Shown here: positions 31,940 to 41,493 of the stretch, piece after piece
Layout of the letters: each line of letters starts with the position of its first letter
Numbering within the stretch: the stretch's first letter is position 1
Source: Bdellovibrionales bacterium
GTDB lineage: Bacteria > Bdellovibrionota > Bdellovibrionia > Bdellovibrionales > UBA1609
NCBI GenBank assembly: GCA_965203095.1
Contig: OZ241877.1
Span: 1,664,001-1,728,000 of the forward strand
DNA length: 64,000 nt
Direction of reading: 5' to 3'
Notes under the pieces: model-generated
What the model saw: the letters and a program-made list of their open reading frames with translations, nothing else
Told to the model about the DNA's origin: nothing
Databases searched by the model: none
Made by a program: the position numbers and the translations under genes

Positions 31940-33189
31940 TAGAGGGGGAATTGAGAGCAAAGCTCTCTCACCTCTTGGCGAATTTTATAAATAAGCGATT
32001 CGTTTTGAATATTTTTTATCAGTTGAGTAAGCCAAAGGCCCACCTGTTCCATTTCCTTTTCCTTCATCCCGCGAGTGGTAAGGGCAGGAGTCCCAATCCT
32101 AATTCCGCTGGTGACAAAAGGGGACCTTTTTTCTCCAGGAACCGTGTTTTTATTGACAGTCAAACCTGCTTTTTCTAAAGCCTTTTCAGCCTCTTTACCT
32201 GTTAAGTTCCGGTCGGAAAGATCCAGTAGTAAAAGATGATTGTCTGTTCCTCCCGTCACCATTTTTAAACCTTCTTTTTGAAAAACCTTTTCCAAAGTTT
32301 TGGCATTTTGAACCACTTGCCGAGCATAATTTTTAAAAGAGGGCTTTAGGGCTGAGGCAAAGGCCACAGCTTTTCCGGCAATGACATGTTCTAAAGGTCC
32401 TCCTTGGATCCCAGGGAAAATTTTTGAATTGATTTTTTTGGCCTTTTCTTCCTCTTGGCAGAGGATAAATCCTCCTCTGGGGCCTCTTAAAGTTTTATGT
32501 GTTGTGGAGGTCACATAATCTGCATAAGGAACAGGCGAGGTATGTTGGCCTCCGGCCACTAAGCCGGCAATATGGGCCATATCCGCACACAGTAAAGCTC
32601 CATTTCTTTTCGCGATCTCTTTAAAAATTTTAAAATCAATAATGCGTGGGTAGGCACTGGCACCGGCAATAATGATTTTGGCCTGCTCTTTTTTGGCTTG
32701 GTCCTCTATAAGATTAAAATCTAATTTTTGAGTTTTTTCATTCAATTTATAAAAAACAGACTGAAACAAAAAGCCAGAAAAATTAACTGGAGATCCATGT
32801 GTTAAATGCCCTCCGTGAGACAGATCTAAACCCATGATTTTATCCCCTGGCTTTAGCTCAGCTAAAAAAACAGCCATATTGGCTTGAGAACCAGAATGGG
32901 GTTGGACATTGGCAAAAGGGGCAGAAAAAAGTTTTTTTGCCCGCTCTATAGCCAGCAATTCGCACTGATCGACATATTGGCAACCTCCATAATAACGGCG
33001 ACCGGGGTAGCCCTCTGCATACTTGTTGGTTAAAAGGGAACCTTGGGCCTGTTGGACGGCTAAGGAGGTATAGTTTTCTGAAGCAATAAGCTCTAAGCCT
33101 TCCGCTTGCCTTTTGGCCTCTTGCTCTATACAGTGGAAAATATCCGGATCAGTTGTTTTTAACTCGGTGTTTGGGTTTCCCTGTTTCAT
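31933..33189 (-). CDS. glyA: Serine hydroxymethyltransferase
   Basis: [46 protein letters not shown]. Confidence 0.98.
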   Translation of the reverse strand: MKQGNPNTELKTTDPDIFHCIEQEAKRQAEGLELIASENYTSLAVQQAQGSLLTNKYAEGYPGRRYYGGCQYVDQCELLAIERAKKLFSAPFANVQPHSGSQANMAVFLAELKPGDKIMGLDLSHGGHLTHGSPVNFSGFLFQSVFYKLNEKTQKLDFNLIEDQAKKEQAKIIIAGASAYPRIIDFKIFKEIAKRNGALLCADMAHIAGLVAGGQHTSPVPYADYVTSTTHKTLRGPRGGFILCQEEEKAKKINSKIFPGIQGGPLEHVIAGKAVAFASALKPSFKNYARQVVQNAKTLEKVFQKEGLKMVTGGTDNHLLLLDLSDRNLTGKEAEKALEKAGLTVNKNTVPGEKRSPFVTSGIRIGTPALTTRGMKEKEMEQVGLWLTQLIKNIQNESLIYKIRQEVRELCSQFPLYQ

Positions 33190-33679
33190 TTTGCATTTTC
33201 CTTTTATTACAGATTAGGAATCAAAACAAGAACCAAAGTTGGTATGAGGGAAAAAAGTGGACCAAAGTCAAGAGACTTTGAAAAAATAGGCCATTTTAAT
33301 AGTTGCTATTTTTTAATATATGTAGTAGGTATTTTTTAGGAGGATTTTATGAGCACAAGCCCCAGAGGAGTCAGTGTCCAAGAAGCCTATACTTGGTATA
33401 GAGAGAACAAACTGTGGGTCAATCGTCACTATCAGAGAAAGCTGGTTTGGACTGTGGCGGAGAAACAAAAGCTAATTGACAGTATTCTTTTAGGCTATCC
33501 TCTTCCTTTAATTCTTTTAGCTGAAAAGGCCAATTCCTGTTATGACATCATCGATGGGATGCAAAGGTTAAACGCTATATTCACATTTATTGAAACCAGC
33601 TATTCATTGGAAAGTGGTAAATATTTTGATTTAAAAGTATTTCTTACAGCTAAATTAGAAGGGGAAAAAGGCTCATTTA

Positions 33680-34814
33680 TACTGGTCTTGTTTGAATTTT
33701 CAGGTTTCGATGACATGAAAATTATCAGTAATAAGCATGGACAATTCAGCCCTGTATTTTCTAACACCTCTTAAAAACAGCATCAACTCTTTACGAAAAG
33801 TTTTAAGATCTGAAAAATACACATTAGCCATTGTCTTCTTCTTTACAAATTTCCAAAACCTCTCAATAGGATTCAAATTAGGAGAAAATGGAGGCAAATA
33901 CAGCAAAGTAATATCCAAACTTTTCGCTAAATCCCTCACCTGAAAGGCCCTGTTATATGGTGCATTGTCTAAAACCAAATACAACCTTTTATCCCTCATA
34001 GGCTGTCTCGCCCTCACAGCTCGCAATAACTCCTGCATTGAATTTTTATTAACCCTCTCACAGCTTCTACTGACAAAATCTAAACTATTTATCTCTATCG
34101 CACCATTTATATTCACCCGCTCACGACCTGAATTAGTTTTAACCTTAAACTCCACCCCCTTCTTAATCCAACCCGATGATATTACAGGATTGAGCATAGG
34201 ATGAGTTGAATCCGCAAAATACACTAAATCACCTCTCTTTTTTATCCTGCGATATCTTTGAATAAACACCTTCTGCTTCTCAATATCAGCCTTCCCAGGC
34301 ACACCCTTTGGCTTCTTATATGAAAAATCTAACTTGTGAAGTAAAGCCGTCATTCCATTCACAGTATAAACAACCCCAAATGTCTTTTGAACATATAAAA
34401 CAACTGCCTTTGTTGTGGGATATACCTTTGACTCCAACTCCAAAACCAGTTTCTTCCGTTGTTCCTCAGATAAATACGACATGCGACCTCTATGATCGTC
34501 ATAAACCAACCTCGACAAACCTCCTTCTTCATAACGCCTTTTGCAGTTTCTGATAGTTCCTTCATCAAAAAATAAAAATCTCGCAATATCGGTGACAGAC
34601 TCTCCACTATCCAGCAACAAAATAACCCGGATACGATCCGCTCGCCTACGATTCCTTTCCAAACGAAGAAAAGTTAAAAGCTCTGCTTTTTGCTTGCCAG
34701 TTAAAAATGAGTTCATAGAAACATATTATAGAACATCCAAAAGATTTGGAAAACTCATAATGCCAAAAACTAAACCTTTATCAAAAAAACTTGATTTTTT
34801 AAATCAAACCAGTA
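33680..34814 (-). mobile_element. IS630-family insertion sequence, copy 1 (1135 bp)
   Basis: Ends TACTGGT... / ...ACCAGTA; TA duplication at 33678-79 and 34815-16. Confidence 0.95.
33700..34716 (-). CDS. IS630 family DDE transposase
   Basis: HTH region; YFADS, LVLDNAPY, YLPPFSPNLNPIERFW. Confidence 0.96.
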   Translation of the reverse strand: MNSFLTGKQKAELLTFLRLERNRRRADRIRVILLLDSGESVTDIARFLFFDEGTIRNCKRRYEEGGLSRLVYDDHRGRMSYLSEEQRKKLVLELESKVYPTTKAVVLYVQKTFGVVYTVNGMTALLHKLDFSYKKPKGVPGKADIEKQKVFIQRYRRIKKRGDLVYFADSTHPMLNPVISSGWIKKGVEFKVKTNSGRERVNINGAIEINSLDFVSRSCERVNKNSMQELLRAVRARQPMRDKRLYLVLDNAPYNRAFQVRDLAKSLDITLLYLPPFSPNLNPIERFWKFVKKKTMANVYFSDLKTFRKELMLFLRGVRKYRAELSMLITDNFHVIET

Positions 34815-36261
34815 TAAGCCAAAACAGGTAGGTCCTCTTTTGCCCAAGGATAAGTGTGCTAAATTATTAAATTACCAGTTAGCGGTCACTGTTTTTTCTG
34901 TTGAAGATAAAAAAAAGATCAATGATGTATTTTCACGAATTAACTCCAGCGGAAGACAACTCAGCAATCAAGATAAGCGACAAGCGGGCGTGGTGACCGG
35001 CTTTTCTGATCTGGTAAGAAAAATCTCATCTGAAGTTCGCGGTGACGACTCTTCTGATGATCTTGAGCTTTTTAAAATGCCGGTTATCAGTATTGATACA
35101 AAAAAAGAATCTCATGGTTATAAAATTATTGCAGAAGAAACTTTTTGGTGTCATCATGGCATTTTATCCACAAAACAGCTGAGGCAAAGCGAAGATGAAG
35201 ATATGATCGCGGATATTTCAGCCAGTATTTTGCACCTTCCCTCTTTTTTTGCAAAAAGTAAAGATAAGCTTGACGCCTTATACAGCTCTCCAAAAGAGGC
35301 GGGAATTATAGAAACAAAACTTAGAGTTTATGGAAAAGATAAACTTAAACATGAGATAAAATTTTTGATTGAGCTTATTGATAAAACAATAAGAAAGCAT
35401 AGTTCAAAACCTACTGCTTTGCGAAAAACAGTTATGGGACAAAGCACCGCCTCCTCTATGAAAGCTCCTTTTTATGCTTTGTTCATGGCTTTTTATGATT
35501 TAGTGATCAAAGAAAGCAGATATCCTGAAAACAATGCAAAAATTTTAAAAGCTTTGAAGGACTTGCACCAAAGCTTAAGAATCCAATCCAGACACACCAC
35601 TTCAGAGGAGAGAAAAAACAATATTGCTAAAGTTAAAGGGCTTATTCAAAGCCATTTTGTCAAAAAAGAGCCTCTGCAAATTTTACATGGCCCGGGCTTA
35701 ATAATGGATTTTGAAAACTCTCTCCGGCGATCTAAAATTGAAACTCCTCATTATGAGTTTAAGCAAGGATTATTACAATTAGATACTTCCAGAGCTTTTG
35801 GTAAAGCTTTGATTAAAAAATTGACTCAAACAGCTTGTGGCATAGCCAATCTTGGCCCGGGAAAAGAGGGGTATATCCATATTGGAGTTGCAGATCGAAA
35901 AGAACATGCTGATAAAATAAAAAAAATAGATTCCATAACTCCTAAAAAGGTTAATGGATTTTATGTGGTTGGGGTGGATAGGGAAGCCCGATTGAAGGAA
36001 AAAACAGTTGAAGAGTATGTTGATCTTTTTGTATCTCAATTTAAAAAAGTAGATTTTTCAGATCATCTTAAAACAAGCATTTTAAAAAATATAGATACAA
36101 TCAATTATGAAGGATTTTCTGTAATTCGGCTAAAAATAGAACCTCAAATCAAAGTCAGTTATGTAGAAAATCAATGTTTTATAAGAGAGCATAGTCACAC
36201 AAAACCTGTAAATGGCCCCCATCTGGAGGCAATAATTGCACGCTTTAGTAAAACAAACAAA

Positions 36262-36336
36262 TATACTGATCACAGTTGAAAATTCCGGTCAAAACAGAAG
36301 TAAAAAAAGCAGAAATTTTTAAAAAGAACTGGTATA
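36262..36336. mobile_element. IS630-type MITE (about 75 bp)
   Basis: TATACTGATC ... AACTGGTATA; homologous to 61054-61127; sits in the TA of the original TAA stop of the DUF262 gene. Confidence 0.7.
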
Positions 36337-36456
36337 ACTGATTAAATCTTCAAAAAATAGTCCTTTTTGTTTATTTTTGTAGATAAAAAAATAAATTGAG
36401 GATAGCTTTTCAAAAATTTTTCAGTATAATAATAGCCATCAAAAGGAGGAGGTATA

Positions 36457-37119
36457 ATGAGTAATAAATCCACTTTACCTGATTTAGATGAAGTTTGGAA
36501 GCTTGTCCGAGAGACACAAAAAAACTTAAAAGACATCTCAGTCCGCCAAAAAGAGTTTCAAGCTCGCCAAGAAGCTTGGGAAGAGAGAGCAGAAAAAAGA
36601 GCGGAAGAAGCAGAAAAAGAGATGAAAAGATTCCAAGCCCAGCAGGCAAAAACAGAGCGTATGATACAAAAGGTTGGTGGGCGGTTTAATAAACGATGGG
36701 GTCACTTAGTGGAATCCTTGGTTAAGGGAAAACTGGTTCATTTATTAAGGGAAAGGGGGATCCAAGTAAATCAAACCTTACCCAATGTGGAGGCACAGTT
36801 GATGAATAAAGACGGCACTGTTCAAAAAAGGACAGAGTTTGACATTATTGTAGCCAATGGGACGGAAGTAGTGATTGTGGAGGTGAAAACAGTTTTATCC
36901 CCAAAAGACCTTCATTATTTTTTATCCAATTTACAAGATTTTAAATCTTATTTTCCGAAATATAAAGCCGATACTTTGTATGGAGCTGTGGCTTATTTAA
37001 AGAGCGAAGGCAAGGCTCATGTTTTATCGGAGAGAGAGGGCTTATTTGTGATAAAGGCTGTGGGAGATAGTGCCAGTTTAATCAATAAGCCAGACTTTAA
37101 ACCTAAAGCCTTTACCTGA
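36457..37119 (+). CDS. Coiled-coil + PD-(D/E)XK nuclease-fold protein, copy 1
   Basis: AGGAGG RBS; coiled-coil N-terminus; WGHLVE, EFDII, IVEVKT. Confidence 0.85.
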   Translation: MSNKSTLPDLDEVWKLVRETQKNLKDISVRQKEFQARQEAWEERAEKRAEEAEKEMKRFQAQQAKTERMIQKVGGRFNKRWGHLVESLVKGKLVHLLRERGIQVNQTLPNVEAQLMNKDGTVQKRTEFDIIVANGTEVVIVEVKTVLSPKDLHYFLSNLQDFKSYFPKYKADTLYGAVAYLKSEGKAHVLSEREGLFVIKAVGDSASLINKPDFKPKAFT

Positions 37120-37138
37120 GTAGGGATATTAAAACAGG

Positions 37139-37215
37139 GAGAGCTTAGCTTAGTTGGTTAAAGCATCCGGCTCATAACCGGAGGACCGGAGGTTCGAGTC
37201 CTTCAGCCCCTACCA
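37139..37215 (+). tRNA. tRNA with CAT anticodon (Ile2 or Met), acceptor stem damaged; possible pseudo-tRNA
   Basis: D arm TAGCTTAGTTGGTTAAAGCA; arm TCCGG-CTCATAA-CCGGA; GGTTCGAGTCC; ACCA end. 5' GAGAGCT against 3' AGCCCCT gives two A-C mismatches. Confidence 0.8.
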
Positions 37216-37311
37216 TATTTTTTCCAAAATTCAGATGAAAATTGTAATTTTTTTCACTTTTGGATTTTGATCTTGATTTTTCAACTTTTTTGTTTTAGTT
37301 ATTATTTCATA

Positions 37312-38208
37312 ATGAAAAAAATCTTTATTTGGACAATTCTTATTTTTTCTTGCTTTATTACAAGCCTTGCCTTTTCTAATGAAATTGAGTTTGAGTATTC
37401 TGGCTTGCAATCTTCTGGCTTGCAATCTGTGAAGCCAGAGGAGCTTGATACTAATTTTGGTCAAAATAGAATTTTTTACTCTTACTCAAAAACACCTATT
37501 TCAATTCAACAACAACAAAATGCTATCCGTTCTCTTACCATCACATCCAATGAAGAACGAAGGCAAGGGACAGGTTTTTTTATCAGTCCTACAACTTTAG
37601 TCACGGCCCATCATTTTATAGAAGGTTTGGAAAACGGGTTGTCCGAAATGTGGATTCTTGGGGCAATAGGTCATTTTCGTTTTAAAAAAATTATAGCTTT
37701 TTCAAAAGAGCATGATATAGCCTTAATTGAGGTGGAAAGGATTGACAAGGGAGAAGTGGAAATTCCTTTTCTAAAACTCAGCTCAAAACCAGCCCAAAAG
37801 GGAGACATTATTTACACTTTAGGTTATGCTGGTGGATCTTTTACAAGTCTTAAGAGTGAAATTAAATCTACTACATATAGGGAGGGGCACTTTGAAGTAA
37901 ATAGAATTCCTTCGAGATTTTCTTTAGTTGAACTTATACAAGTTGCGAAATCTAAAGGAGTTGATATGAGCATTGAAAAACTTAAAAAAAATCCAAAATT
38001 TAATGGATTCAGAAAAGAAACTAAGGGAATGAGTGGCGGTCCAGCAATGAATGATAGAGGAGAAGTTATAGGTGTTTATTTAGGTATTAGTGTGGCCAAG
38101 CTTGGCTATGAACTCTATCTTGGAGACATTGTGTCCAAAATATCCCATATCAATCAGCTGAAACCAAAGGATTCCTGTTGGAATAGTTTTAAAAGACTTT
38201 TATTTTGA
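37312..38208 (+). CDS. Secreted trypsin-like serine protease
   Basis: Signal peptide; GTGFF, TAHH, HDIALI, GMSGGP catalytic triad motifs. Confidence 0.92.
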   Translation: MKKIFIWTILIFSCFITSLAFSNEIEFEYSGLQSSGLQSVKPEELDTNFGQNRIFYSYSKTPISIQQQQNAIRSLTITSNEERRQGTGFFISPTTLVTAHHFIEGLENGLSEMWILGAIGHFRFKKIIAFSKEHDIALIEVERIDKGEVEIPFLKLSSKPAQKGDIIYTLGYAGGSFTSLKSEIKSTTYREGHFEVNRIPSRFSLVELIQVAKSKGVDMSIEKLKKNPKFNGFRKETKGMSGGPAMNDRGEVIGVYLGISVAKLGYELYLGDIVSKISHINQLKPKDSCWNSFKRLLF

Positions 38209-38333
38209 TGAGCTCATGGGCAGAAAAACCACTATCAGAGATTTCCTGCCTCTGATAAATTAAAAAAATAAATTGAGGATAGCTTTTCAAAAATTTTTCA
38301 GTATAATAATAGCCATCAAAAGGAGGAGGTATA

Positions 38334-39050
38334 ATGAGTAATAAATCCACTTTACCTGATTTAGATGAAGTTTGGAAGCTTGTCCGAGAGACACAAAAAA
38401 ACTTAAAAGACATCTCAGTCCGCCAAAAAGAGTTTCAAGCTCGCCAAGAAGCTTATCAAAAAGAGCGAGAAAAAGAGCGAGAAATCCGCCAGAAAGAGTG
38501 GCAAGCTCGCCAAGAAACTTGGGAAAAAAGAGCGGAAGAAGCAGAAAAAGAGATGAAAAGATTCCAAGCCCAGCAGGCAAAAACAGAGCGTATGATACAA
38601 AAAGTGGGTGGTCGTTTTAATAAACGATGGGGTCACTTAGTGGAATCCTTGGTTAAGGGAAAACTGGTTCATTTATTAAGGGAAAGGGGGATCCAAGTAA
38701 ATCAAACCTTACCCAATGTGGAGGCACAGTTGATGAATAAAGACGGCACTGTTCAAAAAAGGACAGAGTTTGACATTATTGTAGCCAATGGGACGGAAGT
38801 AGTGATTGTGGAGGTGAAAACAGTTTTATCCCCAAAAGACCTTCATTATTTTTTATCCAATTTACAAGATTTTAAATCTTATTTTCCGAAATATAAAGCC
38901 GATACTTTGTATGGAGCTGTGGCTTATTTAAAGAGCGAAGGCAAAGCTCATGTTTTATCGGAGAGAGAGGGCTTGTTTGTGATAAAGGCTGTGGGAGATA
39001 GTGCCAGTTTAATCAATAAGCCAGACTTTAAACCCAAAGCCTTTGCTTGA
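38334..39050 (+). CDS. Coiled-coil + PD-(D/E)XK nuclease-fold protein, copy 2
   Basis: Nearly identical to 36457..37119 except a longer coiled coil (net +18 aa). Confidence 0.85.
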   Translation: MSNKSTLPDLDEVWKLVRETQKNLKDISVRQKEFQARQEAYQKEREKEREIRQKEWQARQETWEKRAEEAEKEMKRFQAQQAKTERMIQKVGGRFNKRWGHLVESLVKGKLVHLLRERGIQVNQTLPNVEAQLMNKDGTVQKRTEFDIIVANGTEVVIVEVKTVLSPKDLHYFLSNLQDFKSYFPKYKADTLYGAVAYLKSEGKAHVLSEREGLFVIKAVGDSASLINKPDFKPKAFA

Positions 39051-39075
39051 AGGGATATTAAAACAGGGAGGGCTT

Positions 39076-39267
39076 ATGCAAGATGTTTGGGAAATTATCA
39101 GAGAAAAAGGCCGTTGGGAAGGCCGGCAGGAGGGCCGACAGGAAGGCCAACAACAAGTTATCCGAAATATGCTGAAAGAGAAGGTAATTACTTCCTTTAT
39201 CGCCAATGTCACAGGATTTTCTAAAAAAGCAATAAAAAAGCTGAAAAACGGTGCTAAAGTGCCATGA
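39076..39267 (+). CDS. Stand-alone Rpn C-terminal domain (RpnS-like), or rpn remnant
   Basis: GGGAGG RBS; GRWEGRQEGRQEG...VIRNMLKEK...VTG...IKKLKNG matches the tail of 15096..16067. Confidence 0.75.
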   Translation: MQDVWEIIREKGRWEGRQEGRQEGQQQVIRNMLKEKVITSFIANVTGFSKKAIKKLKNGAKVP

Positions 39268-39513
39268 ACTTTCAGATGGAAGCAAAAAGGCTCAAAAAAG
39301 CCTTAAATTTGGCCTTTTTGAGGCAAAAATCTTTAAATTTAGTCTTATAAAACATATTTTTTAAAAAAATCTTGACAATTTAATGAGTCTTAATACAAGC
39401 TTTAAACTGTGTTTGTTTGCTCTTTTGGTTAGGAGGGGCTGATTTTATTTTGTTCAGCCTCTTTTTCCGATAATCAGCAAACAATTTAACTAACTAACTA
39501 AGAGGAGCGAACT

Positions 39514-40173
39514 ATGCAAAAAATCAAATCCTTTTTAAAAAGGCTTTTCTCTGCCTTCACAAAAGAGAAAAAGAGCACTTTAGGCTTTTCCCTGATAGAG
39601 CTATTGGTAGTGGTTGCCATTATCGGAGTTTTGGCCGCCGTGGCTATCCCTGCTTATAATAACTACCGGAACAATGCCGCTTACGCCGCTTTGACCTCTT
39701 CCCTTCAAAATATAGGTAAAGGTTTTGCCGCTTGCTTAACATTAAACCAATGGGATGACTGTCAAACTTTAGGTGAAATAAATGTAGTTTGTGAAGGTTG
39801 CGGAACACCGGTTGATAATACCGCAATGAGCCAATGGTGTATTGATGCTTCACGAGCGGTTGGCGGGAATACTCACATGGCCTGTTTATTTACCACTGGT
39901 GGTATTCCTACTATTGTCCCCAGTTGGGAAGCTCCCCTTTGTAGTGGCCTCACTGTCACTTATGGTTGTGCAACCCCTGGAACAAGCACAAGCTTTACTA
40001 CTCCCGGCATGAATTGCATGTCTTTAGGTTGCACTGCCACGGCGGCTATCCCTATGGTTGCAAGTGGTATGACTTGTGCAATGGACGCTACTCATAACTG
40101 TGCTACAGCAACGGGAACAGATCGGAGCACAACAAATTTTACTGGAACTTGTGCCGCTGGGGAATGCAGTTAA
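39514..40173 (+). CDS. Type IV pilin-like protein
   Basis: Prepilin cleavage site G|FSLIELLVVVAIIGVLAAVAIPAY; AGGAG RBS; 14 Cys. Confidence 0.92.
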   Translation: MQKIKSFLKRLFSAFTKEKKSTLGFSLIELLVVVAIIGVLAAVAIPAYNNYRNNAAYAALTSSLQNIGKGFAACLTLNQWDDCQTLGEINVVCEGCGTPVDNTAMSQWCIDASRAVGGNTHMACLFTTGGIPTIVPSWEAPLCSGLTVTYGCATPGTSTSFTTPGMNCMSLGCTATAAIPMVASGMTCAMDATHNCATATGTDRSTTNFTGTCAAGECS

Positions 40174-40258
40174 AACAGGGCATATTGCTGATTTAAGTTT
40201 AACAATAAAGGGGAGCAAAGCTCCCCCTTTATATAATATATTCACAAGGAGTTTAATA

Positions 40259-40585
40259 ATGGGAATGAAAAATTTAGATTGGAAAAACCTACATGAGTTA
40301 AAGGCTTTGCTTATCTATAAAAAGCTTAAAGAAAGTAAAAAGACAAGAGTTAAAAGGGAACTTAATAAAGACAATATTTTTTCAAAAGATAAATTGCCAA
40401 GTGTTATGAATAAACTTGAAAATATCCGATATTTAGACACAGAAGGGAAAAAGGGGCTGTCTCATGTTTCAGACAGAAATAAGAAAATATGGAAAAAGTA
40501 TAAAAATACTCCCATTAGAGAGCTGGAAAAAATAATCAAGGAAAGGATTACAAGGATTTTAAATAATCATAAGGATTTTGAATGA
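40259..40585 (+). CDS. Hypothetical protein, domain A alone
   Basis: AAGGAG RBS; homologous to the N-terminus of 41494..42210 (LHELK.LLIY, NI..LDTEGK.GL..VS, KYKNT.I.ELE.IIKE). Confidence 0.8.
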   Translation: MGMKNLDWKNLHELKALLIYKKLKESKKTRVKRELNKDNIFSKDKLPSVMNKLENIRYLDTEGKKGLSHVSDRNKKIWKKYKNTPIRELEKIIKERITRILNNHKDFE

Positions 40586-40753
40586 CTGAAAAACAACAAA
40601 AGGGGAGCATATAGACTTGACGGGGAACTTGGCTTTGATAGAGGGGGAAACAATGGACATAAAAGCTGGCCCACACATGGAATTTTAGAGGAATTGACAT
40701 CAGAAGGATTTTTAGAACAGAAAAAAAGACATGGTTTTAGATTAAAAAAATGA
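40582..40753 (+). pseudogene. Frameshifted winged-helix-like domain B
   Basis: ATGA overlap with the upstream gene; shifted frame reads GAYRLDGELGFD...WPTHGILEELTSEGFLEQKKRHGFRLKK. Confidence 0.7.
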
Positions 40754-40878
40754 TTGACAAAGAAAAATAGCTGGAGTAATTGTTAGGTATTGCCCTTAAA
40801 GGATTGAAATCTAAGGAGTTTAACAAATAAGGGGAGAAAAACCGCTCCCCTTTATATTCTTTAAAGGATGTTAAACAA

Positions 40879-41424
40879 ATGAGTCTAAAAGAGATAGCTA
40901 AGAGAGCACAAAAAGCTCAAAGAGAGAGGAATAGAGAGGCTTTATCAATTGCAATATTGGATTGTTATAAATACCTTAATAGAAAATATCCAAGGGAATA
41001 CTTTGGAGCAGTTAAAATTGATAATAGACTTGGATTGGAAAAAAGAGGACATAGTGCCGGAACACATAACATTATAAACAGCTTAAAACTCAAAGGATTT
41101 TTAGAGCAAGCTTATAGGAGAGGCTTTAGGCTAAAGACAAACAAAAAAAATCCTCCCGCTATAACAAACAATAAAAGGACTAAAATGACAGATCAAGAGA
41201 TAAGACAAAAGGCTCAAAATGCTCAGGAGGATTTATTTTCTTCTGTATTGGAGTTTTATAAAGCCCATCCAAATAAATTTTATGGATCAAAAAAAGTGAC
41301 TAACAGGCTGGGTTTGTTAAAAGGATATGATTATTGGTTTGTTCATGCAATTTTAGATGAACTAAAATCAAGGGGGGAACTTGATCAAATAAAAGGAAGA
41401 GGGTTTATTTTTAGGAAGAGATAA
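40879..41424 (+). CDS. Hypothetical protein with two tandem winged-helix-like B domains
   Basis: YFGAVKIDNRLGL...GFLEQAYRRGFRL and FYGSKKVTNRLGL...GELDQIKGRGFIF. Confidence 0.75.
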   Translation: MSLKEIAKRAQKAQRERNREALSIAILDCYKYLNRKYPREYFGAVKIDNRLGLEKRGHSAGTHNIINSLKLKGFLEQAYRRGFRLKTNKKNPPAITNNKRTKMTDQEIRQKAQNAQEDLFSSVLEFYKAHPNKFYGSKKVTNRLGLLKGYDYWFVHAILDELKSRGELDQIKGRGFIFRKR

Positions 41425-41493
41425 AATCACTCAAAAAACATGAACCAAATATATAATAAAGCCTCTAAAAAAAACAAGAGAAAGGATTAAAAA

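Larger units (their letters stand above)
33349..36279 (+). pseudogene. DUF262 (GmrSD N-terminal) + Schlafen/AlbA_2 gene interrupted by IS630
   Basis: N-part YQRKLVW, IDGMQRL; C-part FSRINSSG and EFKQG...GIAN...GYIHIGVAD. Removing 33680-34816 restores one frame (SF|KPKQVGPLLPKD), 597 aa. Confidence 0.88.

Noticed and set aside
34840..36279. Independent 479-aa gene
   Set aside because: It is the 3' part of the IS-interrupted DUF262 gene
40076..40258. N-terminal extension of the 40076..40585 ORF
   Set aside because: It overlaps the pilin and a hairpin; the RBS and internal homology point to ATG 40259
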